Part shown: positions 37,983 through 48,145 of the stretch, piece by piece
Layout of the letters: each line of letters begins with the position of its first letter
Numbering within the stretch: position 1 is the first letter of the stretch
DNA from: Nitrospiraceae bacterium
GTDB taxonomy: Bacteria; Nitrospirota; Thermodesulfovibrionia; Thermodesulfovibrionales; UBA1546
Reading direction: 5' to 3'
Assembly (NCBI GenBank): GCA_021373015.1
Contig: JAJFTJ010000007.1
Coordinates: forward strand, 43,135 to 107,134
DNA: 64,000 nucleotides
Notes under the pieces: generated by a model
What the model was told of the DNA's origin: nothing
Database searches by the model: none
What the model saw: only the letters and a program-made list of their open reading frames with translations
Program-made: the position numbers and the translations under genes

Positions 37983-38875
37983 TATTTCATTGCCTCTTCC
38001 ATTACTGAGAGATTATATCTCAGTAGTCCGATGTATGTGTCTCTGTTTTTGATATTTCGGTCTCCAATCGGGTCGAGAAAGAGTATTTTTGCTCCTGACT
38101 CGTCTGCTATTACTTCAGCAGCCTTTGGATTGAACTGAGGCTCTGCAAAGACCACCCTGGTATGCAATTTTTTGAGCTCCCTAATGATCTTTGCTATATG
38201 CTTTGGGCTGGGTTCTCTGCCCGGAGCTTCCTCTATAACCCCTGTAACTTTTAACCCGTATCTGTTGGAAAAATAATTCCATGTGGAGTGAAAGCTGACG
38301 TATTCTTTTGTCCTGAACCGTCCTGTTCTTTGTGCTATCTCTTCATGGAGCTTATCCAGCCTTTTTTTATATGTCTCGGCATTATGTGAATAAAAGTTTT
38401 TATTCTGAGGATCTGCCTTTATCAATGCCTCAAGGATTTTATCCACAAAACCTTTTGCAAAAACAGGATCCAGCCAGAAATGAGGATCAACGCTTCTGCT
38501 GGAATTTTTTTCCTTATGCTCATGCGAATCAATGCCATAAATAAGTGGGATATTATCAGAGAGGTCAACAATAGCCAGATTTTTATTTGAAGCTGTTTTT
38601 AATGCTTTTTCAGCCCAGAACTCAAGCCCTGCGCCTATTTTTACAAAGACCTTTGCCCTTGCCAGCTCTGCCATATCGAGAGGCGTCAGATCGAATGTGT
38701 GGGGTGAGGCTCCCGGAGGAAGCATTACCTTTACATCGATTTTATCTCTTCCGACATTTTTTGCGATATCTCCGACAGGATAGATGCTGGCAATGACCTT
38801 AATATTTTCTGCATTGGATTCATAAGCATAGAATAATAATAAAATTGATATAATTATCTGGAATAATCTTTTCAT
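37982..38875 (-). CDS. Metal (Zn/Mn) ABC transporter substrate-binding protein (ZnuA/TroA cluster)
   Basis: Signal peptide, then ASPHTFDLTP, DPHFWLDP and FHSTWNYF motifs. It has a short His/acidic loop DSHEHKEK. Confidence 0.88.
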   Translation of the reverse strand: MKRLFQIIISILLLFYAYESNAENIKVIASIYPVGDIAKNVGRDKIDVKVMLPPGASPHTFDLTPLDMAELARAKVFVKIGAGLEFWAEKALKTASNKNLAIVDLSDNIPLIYGIDSHEHKEKNSSRSVDPHFWLDPVFAKGFVDKILEALIKADPQNKNFYSHNAETYKKRLDKLHEEIAQRTGRFRTKEYVSFHSTWNYFSNRYGLKVTGVIEEAPGREPSPKHIAKIIRELKKLHTRVVFAEPQFNPKAAEVIADESGAKILFLDPIGDRNIKNRDTYIGLLRYNLSVMEEAMK

Positions 38876-38949
38876 GAATTTCCTGCCTTATAAATATCTA
38901 AGATTTCTAATATCATATATGAATTCGAGATTGGTGTAAAATATCATTG

Positions 38950-40194
38950 ATGAATAACTCTGAGAAAATTTCGGCCCTCTATTTCAGGGATTTTCGTCTC
39001 TTCTGGTTCGGCCAGCTTATTTCCCTGTCAGGGACATGGATGCAGGCTGTTGCACAGGGCTGGCTTGTTTATACCCTGACAAAATCGCCTTTATATCTGG
39101 GCATTGCTGCAACTGCATCATCTCTGCCTATCTTATTTTTCAGTCTGATAGGCGGAATTGTGGCAGACAGATTCAGAAAAAGAAATTTGATAATCCTCAC
39201 ACAGGCGCTGTCGATAATCCCTGCATTGGCGCTGGGAATGCTCACAGATCTTCATATTGTTACAGTGTATGAGGTGATTCTGCTTGCGTTTTTTCTGGGC
39301 GTAGTCAATGCGTTTGATATGCCTGCAAGACAGTCATTTCTTGTTGAGATGGTGGGCAAAGGCAATCTGCTTAACGCAATTGCGCTTAATTCTGCTGCAT
39401 TCAATGGTGCGCGGCTTATTGGACCTGTTATTGCAGGATTTGTAATAGCGAATATGAGCCTTCCGGCATGCTTCTATCTTAATGCCCTGAGTTTTGTTGC
39501 AGTGATAATAGGTCTTTCAATGATAAAAACAAAAGGTGAGATCAAGACTCATTCAAGCGGATTTTTCAAAGACATGATGGAGGGAGTGCATTTCATAAGA
39601 AAAGAAAAAGATGTTCTTTATCTTATGATGCTTATTGCTTCATTAAGCCTGTTCGGTATTCCATTTACAAGTTTTCTGCCTGTTTTTGCTGAAGATATTT
39701 TTGGCGCCGGCGCAAAAGGATTTGGTCTTCTTGTAAGCGCTACAGGGCTTGGCGCATTAACTGCTGGGGTTATGATTGCTGTCAGGGGCGACATCCGGAA
39801 TAAGATGAGATATATGTCTATTGCAGCGCTATGTTTTTCAGTCTCGCTTCTTTTTGTATCTGTCTCAAAGGTTTTCAGCATCACCTTGATTTTGCTTGTG
39901 TGTGCGGGCTGGGGGATTGTGAGTTTTCTTGCAACAGCCAACAGCTTCATACAACTTTCTTCTACGGATAATCTGAGGGGAAGGCTGATGAGCATTTATG
40001 CTATCGTGTTTCTGGGGTTTACTCCGATAGGAAGTTTTATGATTGGAGCGCTGTCAGACTCTATCGGCACCACCCTTGCAATAACATTTTCATCAATAGT
40101 ATGCCTTACTGCTTCAGGGTTGTTCCTTGTCAGATATCTGAAAACAAAAAAAACAGACGGCATATTGCTTATTAACGAGACAGACGAATATTAA
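38950..40194 (+). CDS. MFS transporter (EntS-like MFS_3 type)
   Basis: About 12 predicted TM helices. FRLFWFGQLISLSGTWMQ and GGIVADRFRKR. ATG at 38950; the track lists a TTG at 38947. Confidence 0.85.
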   Translation: MNNSEKISALYFRDFRLFWFGQLISLSGTWMQAVAQGWLVYTLTKSPLYLGIAATASSLPILFFSLIGGIVADRFRKRNLIILTQALSIIPALALGMLTDLHIVTVYEVILLAFFLGVVNAFDMPARQSFLVEMVGKGNLLNAIALNSAAFNGARLIGPVIAGFVIANMSLPACFYLNALSFVAVIIGLSMIKTKGEIKTHSSGFFKDMMEGVHFIRKEKDVLYLMMLIASLSLFGIPFTSFLPVFAEDIFGAGAKGFGLLVSATGLGALTAGVMIAVRGDIRNKMRYMSIAALCFSVSLLFVSVSKVFSITLILLVCAGWGIVSFLATANSFIQLSSTDNLRGRLMSIYAIVFLGFTPIGSFMIGALSDSIGTTLAITFSSIVCLTASGLFLVRYLKTKKTDGILLINETDEY

Positions 40195-40221
40195 GATAAA
40201 CAAAGCGATCTCAGTCAGCCG

Positions 40222-40938
40222 CTATTTTCCAAATACAGTCTTTAAAAGGTCTGTGACTCTGGCCATTGGATCTTTTCTTATCTTCTTTTCCTCTTCTCCG
40301 ATCATGTAGAAAAGACCGTCAAGCGCCTTGTTTGTTACATAATGGTCGAGGTCAAGGGACTCTGCTTTCATTAGAGGGATCGCCTCATATTTTCCTATCA
40401 TGTTTTTGTATGTGCGTGTTACTCCAACCTCATTCATGCTGTTTGAGATGACGGGCTTGAACGACTTGTATATTTTATCATTGGTTTTTTCTTTGAAAAA
40501 TTCTGTTGCAGCAGTGTCTCCTCCGTTTAGAATCTTCTTGGCATCGTCAAAGGTCATCTGTTTAATCGCATCCACAAAATAATCAAATGCCTGAGGCGCT
40601 GCTTTTTCGGCTGCACGGTTCATGCTTAATACAAAATCATCGACCTGTTTCTGGAGACCGACTTTTCTCAGGACATCAGCTGTTTTTTGAATTTTTTCGG
40701 GCATCAGAATCTTTATCATCTCATTCCCGAAATATCCATCGAGTTTTGATACTTTTTTTACTGCATTATCAGAGCCGATTGAGAGCGCTTCTTTCAAGCC
40801 TGCAACTATTGTCTGATTATCAGTTCCTTTTTGTGTCTTACTGCCAACAGCTTTTATCAGGTCATCAAAAAAACCCGCATAAGAAATTCCAACAAAAAAA
40901 ATTAAAGAAAGGATTACAAAAAGGCATATTTTTTTCAT
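40222..40938 (-). CDS. DUF4197-family periplasmic protein
   Basis: Signal peptide, then [39 protein letters not shown], which is typical of DUF4197. GAGGAGG SD. Confidence 0.7.
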   Translation of the reverse strand: MKKICLFVILSLIFFVGISYAGFFDDLIKAVGSKTQKGTDNQTIVAGLKEALSIGSDNAVKKVSKLDGYFGNEMIKILMPEKIQKTADVLRKVGLQKQVDDFVLSMNRAAEKAAPQAFDYFVDAIKQMTFDDAKKILNGGDTAATEFFKEKTNDKIYKSFKPVISNSMNEVGVTRTYKNMIGKYEAIPLMKAESLDLDHYVTNKALDGLFYMIGEEEKKIRKDPMARVTDLLKTVFGK

Positions 40939-41071
40939 GTAAAAATCCTCCTCAGTATATTTTGTAAAACTTCTGTTTTGAATGTCTTGTTTACATAATA
41001 TCTTTTTTTGTTCGTATCTTCAATATCTGTTTCTTGAAGATATTAATCAGTTTGTATAATATTGATTAGTA

Positions 41072-41773
41072 ATGAAGATACTAGCGATAGATACATCAAC
41101 AATGCTGGGCGGCGTTGCCATAATGGATGAAGAGCATCTTATTGCAGAAGGCAGATTAAACGTCCTGTCCACGCATTCAGAAAGGCTCATGACAGAGATA
41201 GAACATTGTCTTAAACAGGCGGGACTTAATATATCTGATATTGATGTGTTTGGCGTTACGATCGGTCCGGGCTCTTTCACAGGCATAAGAATAGGGCTGA
41301 GCACAATCAAGGGCTTTGCATATTCAACAGCAAAGCCAATAGTTTCCATTCCAACTCTTGATGCTTTTGCATGGAATTTTACTCACAGCAAATATCCTGT
41401 ATGCACAATGCTTGATGCAAGAAGGAAAGAAGTTTATGCAGCATTGTATAAATGGGAAGATAATGATTTCAGAAAAATAATGCCCGAGGAATCATCAAAT
41501 CCTAAAAATTTTTTAGAGAGAGTTTTATCAGCTATTAAATCCGATAAATATATCTTTGCCGGTGAAGGAACTCTGCTTTATAAAGATAAGATATTAAGTA
41601 TTTTTAAAGAAAGAGCAGTTTTCCCTTCCCCTGAAAAAATGGCGGCATGTCCTTCAAATGCTGCGTATCTTGGACTCAAGAAGGCATTAAAAGGAGATTT
41701 TTCAGAGCCTTTAACACTTACCCCGCTTTATATCAGAAAGTCAGAAGCAGAATTGAAATTTCAAACTAAATGA
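41072..41773 (+). CDS. tsaB: tRNA t6A37 biosynthesis protein TsaB
   Basis: MKILAIDTSTMLGGVAIM ... GPGSFTGIRIGLSTIKG. Confidence 0.92.
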   Translation: MKILAIDTSTMLGGVAIMDEEHLIAEGRLNVLSTHSERLMTEIEHCLKQAGLNISDIDVFGVTIGPGSFTGIRIGLSTIKGFAYSTAKPIVSIPTLDAFAWNFTHSKYPVCTMLDARRKEVYAALYKWEDNDFRKIMPEESSNPKNFLERVLSAIKSDKYIFAGEGTLLYKDKILSIFKERAVFPSPEKMAACPSNAAYLGLKKALKGDFSEPLTLTPLYIRKSEAELKFQTK

Positions 41774-42219
41774 AGATGAAATTCACTCTTAGGGAGATGA
41801 CAGAGGCAGACCTGCCTCAGGTTATCGAGATAGAGAATCTCTCTTTCAGCACTCCGTGGTCAGCAGAATCTTTTAAAACAGAAATCTCAAGCAGTAGCTC
41901 TATTGCAAAAACCGCTGTTTCGGAAAACTATAATGTAATTGGATATATCTGCGCAAAAAAGATTCTTGACGAGGCCCATATTCTTAATATTGCAGTCCAT
42001 AAGAATTTCAGAGAAAAAGGAATTGCCAGAAAGCTTATCCAAAGTGTACTTGATGAATTAAGGGAGAATGAGTGCAGAATTCTGTATCTTGAAGTCAGAG
42101 CATCGAATAATATTGCACGAAAGTTATATGAGAGTTTTGGGGCAGAGGTAATTGGTTTAAGGAAACAGTATTATACTCATCCGGCAGAAGACGCTGTATT
42201 GATGAAGCTTAAGCTTTAG
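41770..42219 (+). CDS. rimI: Ribosomal-protein-alanine N-acetyltransferase RimI (GNAT)
   Basis: ILNIAVHKNFREKGIARKLI ... LEVRASNNIARKLYESFG. The start overlaps the tsaB stop by 4 nt. Confidence 0.88.
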   Translation: MKMKFTLREMTEADLPQVIEIENLSFSTPWSAESFKTEISSSSSIAKTAVSENYNVIGYICAKKILDEAHILNIAVHKNFREKGIARKLIQSVLDELRENECRILYLEVRASNNIARKLYESFGAEVIGLRKQYYTHPAEDAVLMKLKL

Positions 42220-42604
42220 TCTTTTTCGCTTTTTTCTCAGACAATTCTGCAGCTCCTTTGATTGCCATGAGAAACACATTCTTTAACTTCTTGTCTTTTA
42301 TGGTCCTGAATAGTTTGAGTAATTTAATTTCATCATCATCTAGCGAACCGTAAAGACTTGCGGATTCAGACACAAACATTTTTTCATCATCTGATGATAT
42401 AAATCTGCTGGCCGGCATGCCCAGTGCATTAGCAATCTGTGAGAGTCTTGATATCCTGATTTCACTTAACCCTTTTTCATATTTCTGAATCTGTTGATAT
42501 GAAATTCCGATTTTTTCAGCTAATCCCATCTGAGATAGCCCGGCTGTTTTTCTGGCAATTCTAATCATATTTCCAATATGTTTCGTGTCCACATTTCTCT
42601 CCAT
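42209..42604 (-). CDS. XRE-family HTH transcriptional regulator
   Basis: HTH motif IRIARKTAGLSQMGLAEKIGISYQQIQKYEKG. The ATG at 42602-42604 is preferred over the TTG-initiated extension in the track, but the start is uncertain. Confidence 0.75.
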   Translation of the reverse strand: MERNVDTKHIGNMIRIARKTAGLSQMGLAEKIGISYQQIQKYEKGLSEIRISRLSQIANALGMPASRFISSDDEKMFVSESASLYGSLDDDEIKLLKLFRTIKDKKLKNVFLMAIKGAAELSEKKAKKTKA

Positions 42605-42666
42605 GTGCAATGCATAATTTTGCGTGTCAACAAAGGAAAAGTCTATAAACTCGCAGTTGTAACTCC

Positions 42667-42695
42667 TTGACAAATACAACCTGAAGTGGTAAATA
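42667..42695 (+). promoter_or_regulatory. Candidate sigma70 promoter (TTGACA-N17-TAAATA) ending 5 nt before the ATG at 42701
   Basis: TTGACA at 42667-42672, a 17-nt spacer, TAAATA at 42690-42695. No SD lies between it and the ATG. Confidence 0.45.
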
Positions 42696-42700
42696 ATAAC

Positions 42701-43063
42701 ATGAGGGTAAATGATAAAAAAGTCCTTGTTGTCGACGATGATTCTTATGTCAGAGAGTTTTTAAAGGAATTTTTCGATTTTTATGGATACAATGCAGACT
42801 GCGCCTGCAGCGGAGATGAGGCAATTATGCTGGTAAAAAAGAAGCGCTATCATATTGTTATAACAGAATATATTATTCAAGGGATTAGCAGTATTGAACT
42901 TATAGAAAGAATAAAAAACCTGAACTCGTCGCTGCCGGTAATAGCTATGAGTTGTTTATGCCCGGAAGGCGAGTTTCTAAAAACAGGAGCGGATTTTTTT
43001 ATCAACAAGCCTATTAAATTCAGCGTGTTGAAAGATATTCTGGATAAGGTCTCGTCTACTTAG
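42701..43063 (+). CDS. Single-domain receiver protein with Glu at the phospho-acceptor position
   Basis: KKVLVVDDDSYV ... YHIVITEYIIQGISS ... VIAMS ... INKPI. E56 (GAA at 42866-42868) aligns with the canonical acceptor Asp. Confidence 0.8.
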   Translation: MRVNDKKVLVVDDDSYVREFLKEFFDFYGYNADCACSGDEAIMLVKKKRYHIVITEYIIQGISSIELIERIKNLNSSLPVIAMSCLCPEGEFLKTGADFFINKPIKFSVLKDILDKVSST

Positions 43064-44021
43064 AATTTTTTAATGATCTGATTATCTTCGCAGTGGTTGT
43101 GACTGCTGTGCCGATCTCTCCTACAACTATTCCTGCTGCATGATTGGCAATAACTGCTGCCTGCTGGAGTGTTGCCCCTGATGCATGTGCAAGCGCAAAT
43201 GCTGCAATTACAGTATCACCAGCTCCTGTTACATCATAGACTTGTCTTGCAACTGTCGGTATGTGAGCGACCTTTCCTTTTTCGAATAAACTCATGCCGT
43301 CTTCGCCTCTTGTTAAAAGCACGGCCTTGCATGATAGTTTTTTAAGGAGTATTCTGCCTGCCTTAATCAGTGATTCTTCATCTTTTATTTCTATTCCTGC
43401 GCCGTTTGATGCTTCCATTATGTTCGGTGTAATCAGCGATACATTTTTGTAAAGATGGAAATGCCCCATTTTTGGGTCTACTGCAACAAATCTGTTCCTG
43501 GGTTTTGCGGCCTTCATTACTTCCTGTATTAATTCAGGAGTTACCACCCCTTTCTTGTAATCAGATATTATTACTGCATCATATTCAGGAACCATTCTTC
43601 TCAGACAATCAATTATTGCTTTGAGAGTATTACCTGATATTTTGCTCTTTTCTTCCCTGTCAAATCTTACAACCTGCTGGTTATGCGCAACAACCCTTGC
43701 CTTTATTGTTGTGGGTCTTTTGTCATCGAATAAATAACAGGCAACTCTTTTTTCCTGAAGAAGCTGTTTCATCATCTCGCCGGCCATGTCTTTTCCAACC
43801 AGACCAACAACCGCCACATGTCCGCCAAGGCTTGAGATGTTGTTTGCAACATTGCACGCGCCGCCCAGAAGAAAGTTTTCTGATGTTACATCAACAACAG
43901 GAACCGGCGCTTCTGGTGAAATCCTGTTAACATTTCCCCATATGTACTGATCCAGCACAAGATCGCCGATAACAAGGACTTTTCTTTTTCTGAAATTGCT
44001 AAAAATCTTTGTGAAATCCAT
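43056..44021 (-). CDS. PfkB-family sugar kinase, RfaE domain I-like (D-glycero-beta-D-manno-heptose-7-phosphate kinase)
   Basis: KVLVIGDLVLDQYIWG, GGACNVANN and DVTGAGDTVIAAF. The preferred start is the ATG at 44019-44021. Confidence 0.8.
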   Translation of the reverse strand: MDFTKIFSNFRKRKVLVIGDLVLDQYIWGNVNRISPEAPVPVVDVTSENFLLGGACNVANNISSLGGHVAVVGLVGKDMAGEMMKQLLQEKRVACYLFDDKRPTTIKARVVAHNQQVVRFDREEKSKISGNTLKAIIDCLRRMVPEYDAVIISDYKKGVVTPELIQEVMKAAKPRNRFVAVDPKMGHFHLYKNVSLITPNIMEASNGAGIEIKDEESLIKAGRILLKKLSCKAVLLTRGEDGMSLFEKGKVAHIPTVARQVYDVTGAGDTVIAAFALAHASGATLQQAAVIANHAAGIVVGEIGTAVTTTAKIIRSLKNSK

Positions 44022-44028
44022 AGTAGTA

Positions 44029-44057
44029 AGAATAAAACATAAGTCTGCAAAAATCAA
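44029..44057 (-). promoter_or_regulatory. Candidate promoter (TTGATT-N17-TATTCT) ending 7 nt before the ATG at 44021
   Basis: Read on the minus strand. The TTG that the ORF track uses as a start codon is the first triplet of this -35-like hexamer. No SD is present. Confidence 0.35.
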
Positions 44058-44121
44058 TTTAATTAGTTTTATTTCGTAGCAGCTTTGTGTTAGATTTTAT
44101 AAAGCCTCTCAGGAGAGAAAC

Positions 44122-45171
44122 TTGAATAATAAAAAAAATATTGCTTTGATATTGTTAGTTATTGGAATTTTTTTATTTTCATATTCAGCGGAAGCTGGAG
44201 AAAAGATAAGCATTGTTGCTGTAGGCGATATAATGATGGGCACTACATTTAAGAAAGTGATGCTTCCTCCTGATGACGGGGCAGGCATATTCAATAATGT
44301 CGGGCAGGAGCTAAAAGGGCATGATATTGTATTTGGAAATCTGGAAGGTCCTTTTTTAGACGCAGGAGAGCCGGCGAAATGCCTCCGCAAAACCAAGGAT
44401 TGTTTTGTCTTTAGAATGCCTACAAGATATGTGTACCATCTGAAAGATACCGGATTTAATGTTATGAACTATTCGAATAATCATACTTTTGATTTCGGCC
44501 TCAGAGGAATAGAAAGCACAAAAGATACTCTTATTTCAGCCGGCATAAAACATGTAGGTTGTAATGACATTGCTTATTTTGAAATTAGAGGCAAGAAGAT
44601 AGCAGTAGTGGGTTTTTCATTCCCATCTTCAGCTCCAGATACTTTATTAATAAATGATATCCCAAACGCTGCGTTGATTGTTGGTGAGCTTAAGCAGTCA
44701 AATGATATTGTTATAGTTTCATTCCATGGCGGCGCTGAGGGTGAAAAAGCCCTTCAGACATTGTACAAGGAAGAGATTTTTTTAAATGAGAGAAGGGGGA
44801 ATGTGATAAAGTTTTCCCGTGCAGTAGTTGACGCAGGAGCTGATCTTGTCATTGGTCACGGACCCCATGTTCTTAGAGCTATGGAAGTTTATAGAGAAAA
44901 GCTGATTGTTTACAGCCTTGGAAATTTTTTGACGTATGGATTTAATACTAGTGGGTCAAATGGCGTAAGCGCTATACTCAAGGTCTCACTTGCTGCAGAG
45001 AACGGAAATTTTATGGAAGGTGAATTAGTTCCGATAAAATTAATGAATAAAGGCATACCTGAGATTGATGCTGATAAAAAGGCAATTAAACTTATCAAAA
45101 AATTAACTATCAAAGACAGACCCGATTCCAGGCTTATCATACTCAATGACGGTTACTTGTCGGTTTTTTGA
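44122..45171 (+). CDS. CapA/PGA_cap-family metallophosphatase-fold protein
   Basis: AGGAGAG SD with a TTG start. Signal/TM segment, then VAVGDIMMG, GNLEGP, NNHTFDFG, SFHGGAEG and GHGPHVLR. Confidence 0.8.
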   Translation: MNNKKNIALILLVIGIFLFSYSAEAGEKISIVAVGDIMMGTTFKKVMLPPDDGAGIFNNVGQELKGHDIVFGNLEGPFLDAGEPAKCLRKTKDCFVFRMPTRYVYHLKDTGFNVMNYSNNHTFDFGLRGIESTKDTLISAGIKHVGCNDIAYFEIRGKKIAVVGFSFPSSAPDTLLINDIPNAALIVGELKQSNDIVIVSFHGGAEGEKALQTLYKEEIFLNERRGNVIKFSRAVVDAGADLVIGHGPHVLRAMEVYREKLIVYSLGNFLTYGFNTSGSNGVSAILKVSLAAENGNFMEGELVPIKLMNKGIPEIDADKKAIKLIKKLTIKDRPDSRLIILNDGYLSVF

Positions 45172-45183
45172 AGTATTAAAAAA

Positions 45184-46581
45184 TTAAGAAAGCTGTTCAA
45201 GAGCGTTCTTAATACAGTCTGCAAGGGGTTCTATTTCCTGTTCATTAATTGTTTTTGCATCGATTATGATAGAGTTATCTTTTATCCTGCATATTACGGG
45301 TGGTGTTCCTGAGCGCAGTTGTTCTTCGAACTGATTAACAGATATCTCTTTTGGTTTTATTGAAACAGCATATGTGGGGAAATCAATCCCAGGAAGAGAA
45401 CCTCCTCCTGCCTGTGAAAAATCCTCCATGACTTCGATCTTCATTTTTTTTAGAAGATATTTAAAATTCGATGCGATTTTTTCAGCGCGCGCTTTTATTA
45501 TTTCTGGTTTTTGCAAAAGCATTCTCAGCGTTGGGATATTTTCTATAGCCTTTTCCTCATCAAGATATTCATGAAGAATTGATTCCAGCGCCGCAAGTGT
45601 TAGTTTGTCTATTCTCACAGCTCTTGTTAATGGATTTTTCTGGATCATCTCAATATATTTTTTCTTGCCTATGATTATTCCTGCCTGCGGTCCTCCGAGG
45701 AGCTTATCTCCGCTGAATGTTATTACATCGACTCCTGCCTTCACTATCTCCTGCACTGTTGGTTCATTTAATATGCCATATGGCTTAAGGTCTATCAGAC
45801 ATCCGCTTCCAAGATCAAAAAGCAGGGGTATATTGTGTTTATCGGAGATAGTTTTCAACTCTTCTATTGAAACACTGTCAGTGAATCCCACTATCTTAAA
45901 ATTAGACTGATGGACTTTCAGTAAAAGCGCTGTATTTTGATTTACGGCATTTATATAATCATCGAGACGGGTCTTATTTGTTGTGCCGACCTCTTTAAGT
46001 ATAGACATTCCTGATATCATGACATCAGGGAGCCTGAATGAACCGCCTATCTCAACAAGCTCGCTCCTTGAAACAATTACTTCTTTATCTCTTGCCAATG
46101 TGTTGAGACACAATAGCACAGCAGCTGCGTTGTTATTAACTATTATTGCATCTTCAGCTCCTGTCACTTCTTTTATTATTTCTACGACATGTGCGTATCT
46201 CTTGCCTCTCTTGCCTTCTTTAAGGTCATATTCAAGATTAGAATAATTTTCAGATACCCTTGCAACATTATCCAAAGCATTGTGTGTAAGTACCGATCTG
46301 CCAAGATTTGTGTGTATGACTATCCCGGTTGCATTTATGACAGGTCTGAGACTGAACGAGGAGAGTTTGTAAATTCTTTTTTCGATTGCTGTGTAACTTT
46401 CCTCTTTTGATAAATCTTTTTTATCATCCAATATTATTTTTCTTCTAATTTCTATTATTTCTCTTATTGCCTTAAGCACATGCCTTCTAGGGAATATCTT
46501 GCACCATTTTATTCCCTTAGGACTTTTTATTATCTCGTCAACAGATGGAAGTTCTTTCAAGAGTTTTTGTTTTGGATTCAT
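45184..46581 (-). CDS. selA: L-seryl-tRNA(Sec) selenium transferase
   Basis: LPSVDEIIKS, NATGIVIHTNLGRS and the PLP-Lys block FSGDKLLGGPQAGIIIG. Confidence 0.92.
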   Translation of the reverse strand: MNPKQKLLKELPSVDEIIKSPKGIKWCKIFPRRHVLKAIREIIEIRRKIILDDKKDLSKEESYTAIEKRIYKLSSFSLRPVINATGIVIHTNLGRSVLTHNALDNVARVSENYSNLEYDLKEGKRGKRYAHVVEIIKEVTGAEDAIIVNNNAAAVLLCLNTLARDKEVIVSRSELVEIGGSFRLPDVMISGMSILKEVGTTNKTRLDDYINAVNQNTALLLKVHQSNFKIVGFTDSVSIEELKTISDKHNIPLLFDLGSGCLIDLKPYGILNEPTVQEIVKAGVDVITFSGDKLLGGPQAGIIIGKKKYIEMIQKNPLTRAVRIDKLTLAALESILHEYLDEEKAIENIPTLRMLLQKPEIIKARAEKIASNFKYLLKKMKIEVMEDFSQAGGGSLPGIDFPTYAVSIKPKEISVNQFEEQLRSGTPPVICRIKDNSIIIDAKTINEQEIEPLADCIKNALEQLS

Positions 46582-46585
46582 ATCA

Positions 46586-47788
46586 CTATTCTCTTTTGCT
46601 CAGGAAAGCAAGCGCTTCGACATGATAGGTATTTGGAAAGAAGTCTATCATGCGGATAGAATCAATATTGTATCTTTCCTTCAATTTTTTCAGGTCTCTT
46701 GCGAATGTGGCAGGATTGCATGAAACATAAACTATTTTTTCAGGCAAATTATCTACAATCTTTTTTAAGATATCAGAGGTAAGCCCATGTCTTGGCGGAT
46801 CGAGAATTATTATGTCAAATTTTTCATTTAATCTATATTTTTCTGCAGAGGTTTTAATAAATCTGCAGTTAATAATGTTATTTAGTTTGGCGTTTCTTTC
46901 ACCGTCTTCGACTGCATGTGGGTTCTCCTCAACAGCAGTAACTTTTGATGATCTCTTTGCAAGCAAAAGGGAAAAATTGCCTGCCCCTGCATAAAGGTCG
47001 AGCACTGATCTGTTTTCAAGAGCGCCAAGTTCGTTTAAAATCAATTCTACAACTTTTTTATTCAGTTCCCAGTGAGACTGAAAAAAACTCCATGGTGTAA
47101 CCGTGTATTCAAGTCCATTCAGATCAAGCCTGACATGATCCTTGCCAATAGAATCACCGCTCTCAAGCACGATTCCCGACAGCCCAATACCTGCCATCAG
47201 ATACTCCATGTTTTCAATGGATGATTTTGTTTTTATTAATGCTATTGCTTCATCACCGTACGAGATATGCATTTCACTGATTCCCAATAAAGTCATTTCG
47301 TCCGCTTTTTTAAGTAGCTCATTTATTTTTTCTATCATCAGAGGGCATTTTTTTAACGGTACTACTTCTCTTGTGCCTTTTTTGTAAAAACCTGCTTTGC
47401 CGTCTGGAGATATCTTAAGCTGTGCCCTGTGCCTGTAGTTATATTCTTTGTCTGTGAGGGAAGGGGCGAGGGGCATTGCGATATTAGCGATTCTCAAAAG
47501 TGAATCAAGTAGCACTTCTTCTTTCATGGTTATCTGTTTATCATAAGATATAAATTGCAGATGGCATCCTCCGCAAATGCCGAAGGCAGGGCAGAGAGGT
47601 TCTATTCTGTGGTCCGAAGGTTCAAGGACATTACTGACTTTGCAGATCATGTAGTCTTTTTTCTTTTCAACTATAGAGACCTCAACAGTTTCTTCAGGAA
47701 TGGCTCCACTTATAAAAATGATGCCATTATCGCGGGCAATGGTATATCCACCGTAAACAGGAGTTTCTGCTTTTATTATCACTGACAT
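46586..47788 (-). CDS. RumA/RlmD-type RNA (uracil-C5)-methyltransferase with TRAM domain and 4-Cys cluster
   Basis: CPAFGICGGCHLQ, DLYAGAGNFS and YVSCNPATFARD. Confidence 0.88.
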   Translation of the reverse strand: MSVIIKAETPVYGGYTIARDNGIIFISGAIPEETVEVSIVEKKKDYMICKVSNVLEPSDHRIEPLCPAFGICGGCHLQFISYDKQITMKEEVLLDSLLRIANIAMPLAPSLTDKEYNYRHRAQLKISPDGKAGFYKKGTREVVPLKKCPLMIEKINELLKKADEMTLLGISEMHISYGDEAIALIKTKSSIENMEYLMAGIGLSGIVLESGDSIGKDHVRLDLNGLEYTVTPWSFFQSHWELNKKVVELILNELGALENRSVLDLYAGAGNFSLLLAKRSSKVTAVEENPHAVEDGERNAKLNNIINCRFIKTSAEKYRLNEKFDIIILDPPRHGLTSDILKKIVDNLPEKIVYVSCNPATFARDLKKLKERYNIDSIRMIDFFPNTYHVEALAFLSKRE

Positions 47789-48135
47789 TATTTAGCTGTA
47801 AGTTTTTTAATTGTATTTTTAAGTTCGGCAAGATCTGCTGATTTTACAATGTATGCCTCTGATGCCCACACAGCAAAATCATCTCTGTAATCATAGGCAG
47901 TAGACATTATTATAGGGAGTCTCGGTTTTTTTTCTTTCATCTGTCTCAAAAGCTTTATCCCGTCTATATCAGGCATCAGTATATCAAGTGTTACAAGATC
48001 AGGGTTTTCTTTTTCAAAAAGCTCCATGGCTTTTTGTCCTGTGCCGGCGATGATTACCTCATAACCTTCTTCTTCAAGTTCTTCCTTGTAAAGTTTTTGA
48101 ATATGAATGTCATCATCGACTACCATTATTTTCAT
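47788..48135 (-). CDS. Single-domain CheY-like response regulator (canonical acceptor Asp)
   Basis: MKIMVVDDD ... DLVTLDILMPDIDG ... IMSTA. The stop overlaps the next start by 1 nt (TAATG). Confidence 0.9.
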   Translation of the reverse strand: MKIMVVDDDIHIQKLYKEELEEEGYEVIIAGTGQKAMELFEKENPDLVTLDILMPDIDGIKLLRQMKEKKPRLPIIMSTAYDYRDDFAVWASEAYIVKSADLAELKNTIKKLTAK

Positions 48136-48145
48136 GTTTCCTCCT

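Noticed and set aside
40939-41071. TAATCA...TGATTA inverted repeat bracketing a TATAAT upstream of tsaB, considered as an operator.
   Set aside because: The arms are only 6 bp in an AT-rich spacer, so a chance occurrence is likely. The -35 spacing (15 nt) is suboptimal.
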